The position numbers and the translations under genes are program-made. A model generated the notes under the pieces. It was not told where the DNA came from, ran no database searches, and was given only the letters and a program-made list of their open reading frames with translations. This document shows, in pieces, positions 62,002 through 64,000 of a stretch of DNA of 64,000 bases. The number at the start of each line of letters is the position of its first letter. Position 1 is the first letter of the stretch. The DNA is from Bacillota bacterium (GTDB lineage: Bacteria; Bacillota; Dehalobacteriia; UBA4068; UBA4997). Location of the stretch: assembly GCA_017397935.1 (NCBI GenBank), contig JAFQHN010000025.1:9014-73013 (forward strand), given 5' to 3'.

Positions 62002-62394
62002 TTATTCCCCCTTTGCCTTGTAGCTGTCAATCAGATGTTCCAGCTCGGTGATTTCCTGTTGGGAGAGGCCGCGTTTGCCGCCAAAGGCTACCAGAAAGCG
62101 CGGCAGAGAGCCGTTGAAATTATCCTGCACAAACTGCTGGCTCTTGGCCTGCTGAAAATCCTGCTGTGATATTTGGGCCGAGACCTGCCCGTTGTGGTTG
62201 GTAAACAGGCCTTTCTCGCACAGGCGGCGCAGCATGGTGTAGGTGGTGGATTTCTTCCAGCCAAACTCTGCCTCGCAAATCTTGATCAACTCACCGGAGG
62301 GGATGGGAGCATTCTGCCAGATGATCTTAGCAAAGCGGCTTTCCATTACACCCAGTTGCAGGTTGGCTTCCTGATAATCGGTCATCATAATCAC
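62002..62394 (-). CDS. BlaI/MecI/CopY family transcriptional repressor
   Basis: 130 aa; wHTH with ...LGVMESRFAKIIW... and a C-terminal dimerisation helix. Confidence 0.85.
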   Translation of the reverse strand: MIMMTDYQEANLQLGVMESRFAKIIWQNAPIPSGELIKICEAEFGWKKSTTYTMLRRLCEKGLFTNHNGQVSAQISQQDFQQAKSQQFVQDNFNGSLPRFLVAFGGKRGLSQQEITELEHLIDSYKAKGE

Positions 62395-62440
62395 ATCCCT
62401 CGCTCATAATTCTCACGCTATCATTCTTACACTACTATCC

Positions 62441-62460
62441 TAACACATTCTTAACACATT
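62441..62460. repeat. Direct repeat TAACACATT-N2-TAACACATT in the blaI upstream region
   Basis: Two identical 9-mers spaced 11 bp centre-to-centre (one helical turn), upstream of blaI. Confidence 0.4.
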
Positions 62461-62551
62461 TCGGCCTTAACTATCCCCGGTTTAACAGTTGTAGACCTCC
62501 ATGTTTAGTTTACAGGCATTAAACCAAATTGTCAAGTCTTTTTTTGCGGCG

Positions 62552-62586
62552 GAAAAGAGGTATTTGCACCTCTTATTTTTTTGCCT
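62552..62586 (+). terminator. Plus-strand hairpin plus T7 tract about 60 nt upstream of the second feoA
   Basis: aagaggt-atttgc-acctctt followed by ATTTTTTT. Confidence 0.5.
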
Positions 62587-62645
62587 GAATGCACAGCTTA
62601 AAGGTTGGCGGAATATTATGGAGTGTATAAAATTTTGTCAGCAGT

Positions 62646-62951
62646 TTGGGGCAAGGGGTGATGATATTGGCGTTGGAATTAAGCTTGAATATCGGCACGG
62701 CGGCGGATGAGAAAACGGTTATGGATGGATGTCTGGCAGGTATTAAGCCGGGCGAAGGCGCCTATGTCAGCAGGCTGAATGTTGGTGGTGCGCTGCGTCG
62801 CCGTCTTCTGGATCTGGGCTTGGTGCAGGGCACTTGGGTGGAGTGCGTGGGAAGAAGTCCGGTGGGTGACCCGGCGGCTTATTTGATAAGAGGGGCGGTG
62901 ATTGCTTTGCGTGCCGCCGACAGCGCCAAAATTCTGGTAAGGAGGGAGTAA
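62646..62951 (+). CDS. feoA: FeoA family protein (second copy; N-terminal extension or later start at 62721)
   Basis: FeoA SH3-like core ...VSRLNVGGALRRRLLDLGLVQGTWVECVGRSPVGDPAAYLIRGAVIALR; the ORF-track start is TTG. Confidence 0.65.
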   Translation: MGQGVMILALELSLNIGTAADEKTVMDGCLAGIKPGEGAYVSRLNVGGALRRRLLDLGLVQGTWVECVGRSPVGDPAAYLIRGAVIALRAADSAKILVRRE

Positions 62952-62952
62952 T

Positions 62953-64000
62953 ATGGGGCTTAGCAGGTCATCGGTGGCAGGTGGGGCGGTGGATAAGGGG
63001 CAGATTGGCCGCCGCAGACCGCAGGATAAGCTGGTGGCCCTGGCCGGCAACCCCAATGTGGGCAAAAGCACCATTTTTAATGCGCTGACGGGCCTGAACC
63101 AGCACACGGGCAACTGGGCCGGTAAAACTGTTACCAATGCCAGCGGATTTTGCCGCACACCGCAGCACAGCCTGCTGCTGGTGGATGTGCCGGGGGCATA
63201 TTCGCTGCTGGCCCATTCCGCCGAGGAGGAGGTGGCCCGCAATTTCATTTGCTTTGGTGGGGCGGATGCGGTGGTGGTGGTTTGTGATGCCACCTGCTTA
63301 GAGCGCAATTTGAATTTGGTGCTGCAAACGCTGGAAGTCACGCGGCGGGTGGTGGTCTGTGTTAATCTGCTGGATGAGGCGGCCAAAAAAGGCATACAGG
63401 TAGATATCGACGGCCTGAGTGATTTGCTGGGCGTGCCGGTGGTGGGTGTGGTGGCCAGAGAGCCTGATAGCTTGCAGAGTTTATTATTGGCGATGGATGA
63501 GGTGCTGGCGGCGGATTATCAAGCTGATGATCACGGCCTGGCTGTGCCTTATCCGGCGGCGCTGTCCGGTGCCGCGCTGCGTTTGGGCAACTTGCTGCCG
63601 GGTTTGCTGGATCTGCCGCAGAAAGCGCCGAATATTTCTCCATATTGGCTGGCTCTCCGTTTGTTGGAGGGCGAACCGACGCTGCTTGCGCAGGCAGAGC
63701 AGTATTTGCAGGTGGATTTGCGGCAAAATGAGGGGGTGCGATTGGTGCTGGCTTGGGCAAAGGCCAATTTGCAGGCAGCCGGTTTGCCGGTGGATACCGA
63801 CGGTTTGCAGGATGTCTTGGTGACTGCGCTGATAAAGAGGGCAGAGGAGATCACGCACCGGGTGGTGCGGCGGCAGGGTATTGGACATAATCCGGATGCC
63901 AAAATTGACCGTCTGCTGACAGGGCATTACACAGCTTATCCTCTGATGCTGCTGGGACTTTTGGCGGTTTTTTGGCTGACTATAAGCGGCGCCAATTACC
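62953..64000 (+). CDS. feoB: FeoB (second copy), 3'-truncated by the window end
   Basis: ATG 62953 after RBS AGGAGGGAG; G-domain GNPNVGKST; reading frame is open to the window end. Confidence 0.9.
   Translation, partial: MGLSRSSVAGGAVDKGQIGRRRPQDKLVALAGNPNVGKSTIFNALTGLNQHTGNWAGKTVTNASGFCRTPQHSLLLVDVPGAYSLLAHSAEEEVARNFICFGGADAVVVVCDATCLERNLNLVLQTLEVTRRVVVCVNLLDEAAKKGIQVDIDGLSDLLGVPVVGVVAREPDSLQSLLLAMDEVLAADYQADDHGLAVPYPAALSGAALRLGNLLPGLLDLPQKAPNISPYWLALRLLEGEPTLLAQAEQYLQVDLRQNEGVRLVLAWAKANLQAAGLPVDTDGLQDVLVTALIKRAEEITHRVVRRQGIGHNPDAKIDRLLTGHYTAYPLMLLGLLAVFWLTISGANY

Overview
This is a 64-kb chromosomal segment from a GC-rich (about 55-60%) spore-forming Firmicute, probably Clostridia. Sporulation markers include YunB, YtaF, an SdpI-like protein and a BclA-like collagen protein. 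Coding density is high and I see no transposases, integrases or CRISPR arrays.

Gene content, left to right:
- a four-subunit 2-oxoacid:ferredoxin oxidoreductase (korDABC-type)
- feoA-feoB with a previously unlisted FeoB-associated Cys-rich mini-protein, and a second feoAB locus running off the window end
- ZIP metal transporter
- thiamine-pyrimidine salvage operon (thiD-tenA-ABC transporter) behind a TPP riboswitch on the minus strand
- two PdxK paralogs flanking a C-terminally truncated MocR/PdxR-like regulator; the second paralog sits in a low-GC two-gene cassette bounded by about 47-nt direct repeats next to tRNA-Ser
- exoA, luxS
- collagen-like (GxT)n exosporium-type glycoprotein with a GT2-TPR glycosyltransferase
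- LexA-box-controlled Y-family polymerase plus YolD-like gene beside tRNA-Ala
- PBP1A, yunB, yebC, polA-mutM-ytaF-coaE, lytic transglycosylase, a PncB-like gene
- large nitrogen-assimilation region: split archaeal-type glutamate synthase, short GS, ANTAR regulator (minus strand), divergent from a glnN (GSIII)-Amt/PII fusion-purC-purA-purB-guaA-purF-carAB supraoperon
- BlaI/M56 (BlaR1-like) pair with a roughly 650-aa uncharacterised extracytoplasmic domain
- four tRNAs: Ser-GGA, Thr-GGT, Ala-CGC, Leu-GAG

The most unusual signal is a pair of perfect-consensus divergent promoters between the two nitrogen operons. Both leaders carry a repeated AAGGGCGTCTTT-type motif embedded in tandem terminator-like hairpins, suggesting an uncharacterised antitermination or attenuation mechanism.

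The ORF-track coordinates disagree by 1 nt with the sequence line labels in the 46.2-48.7 kb region, so all coordinates I derived by hand may be off by 1-2 nt.
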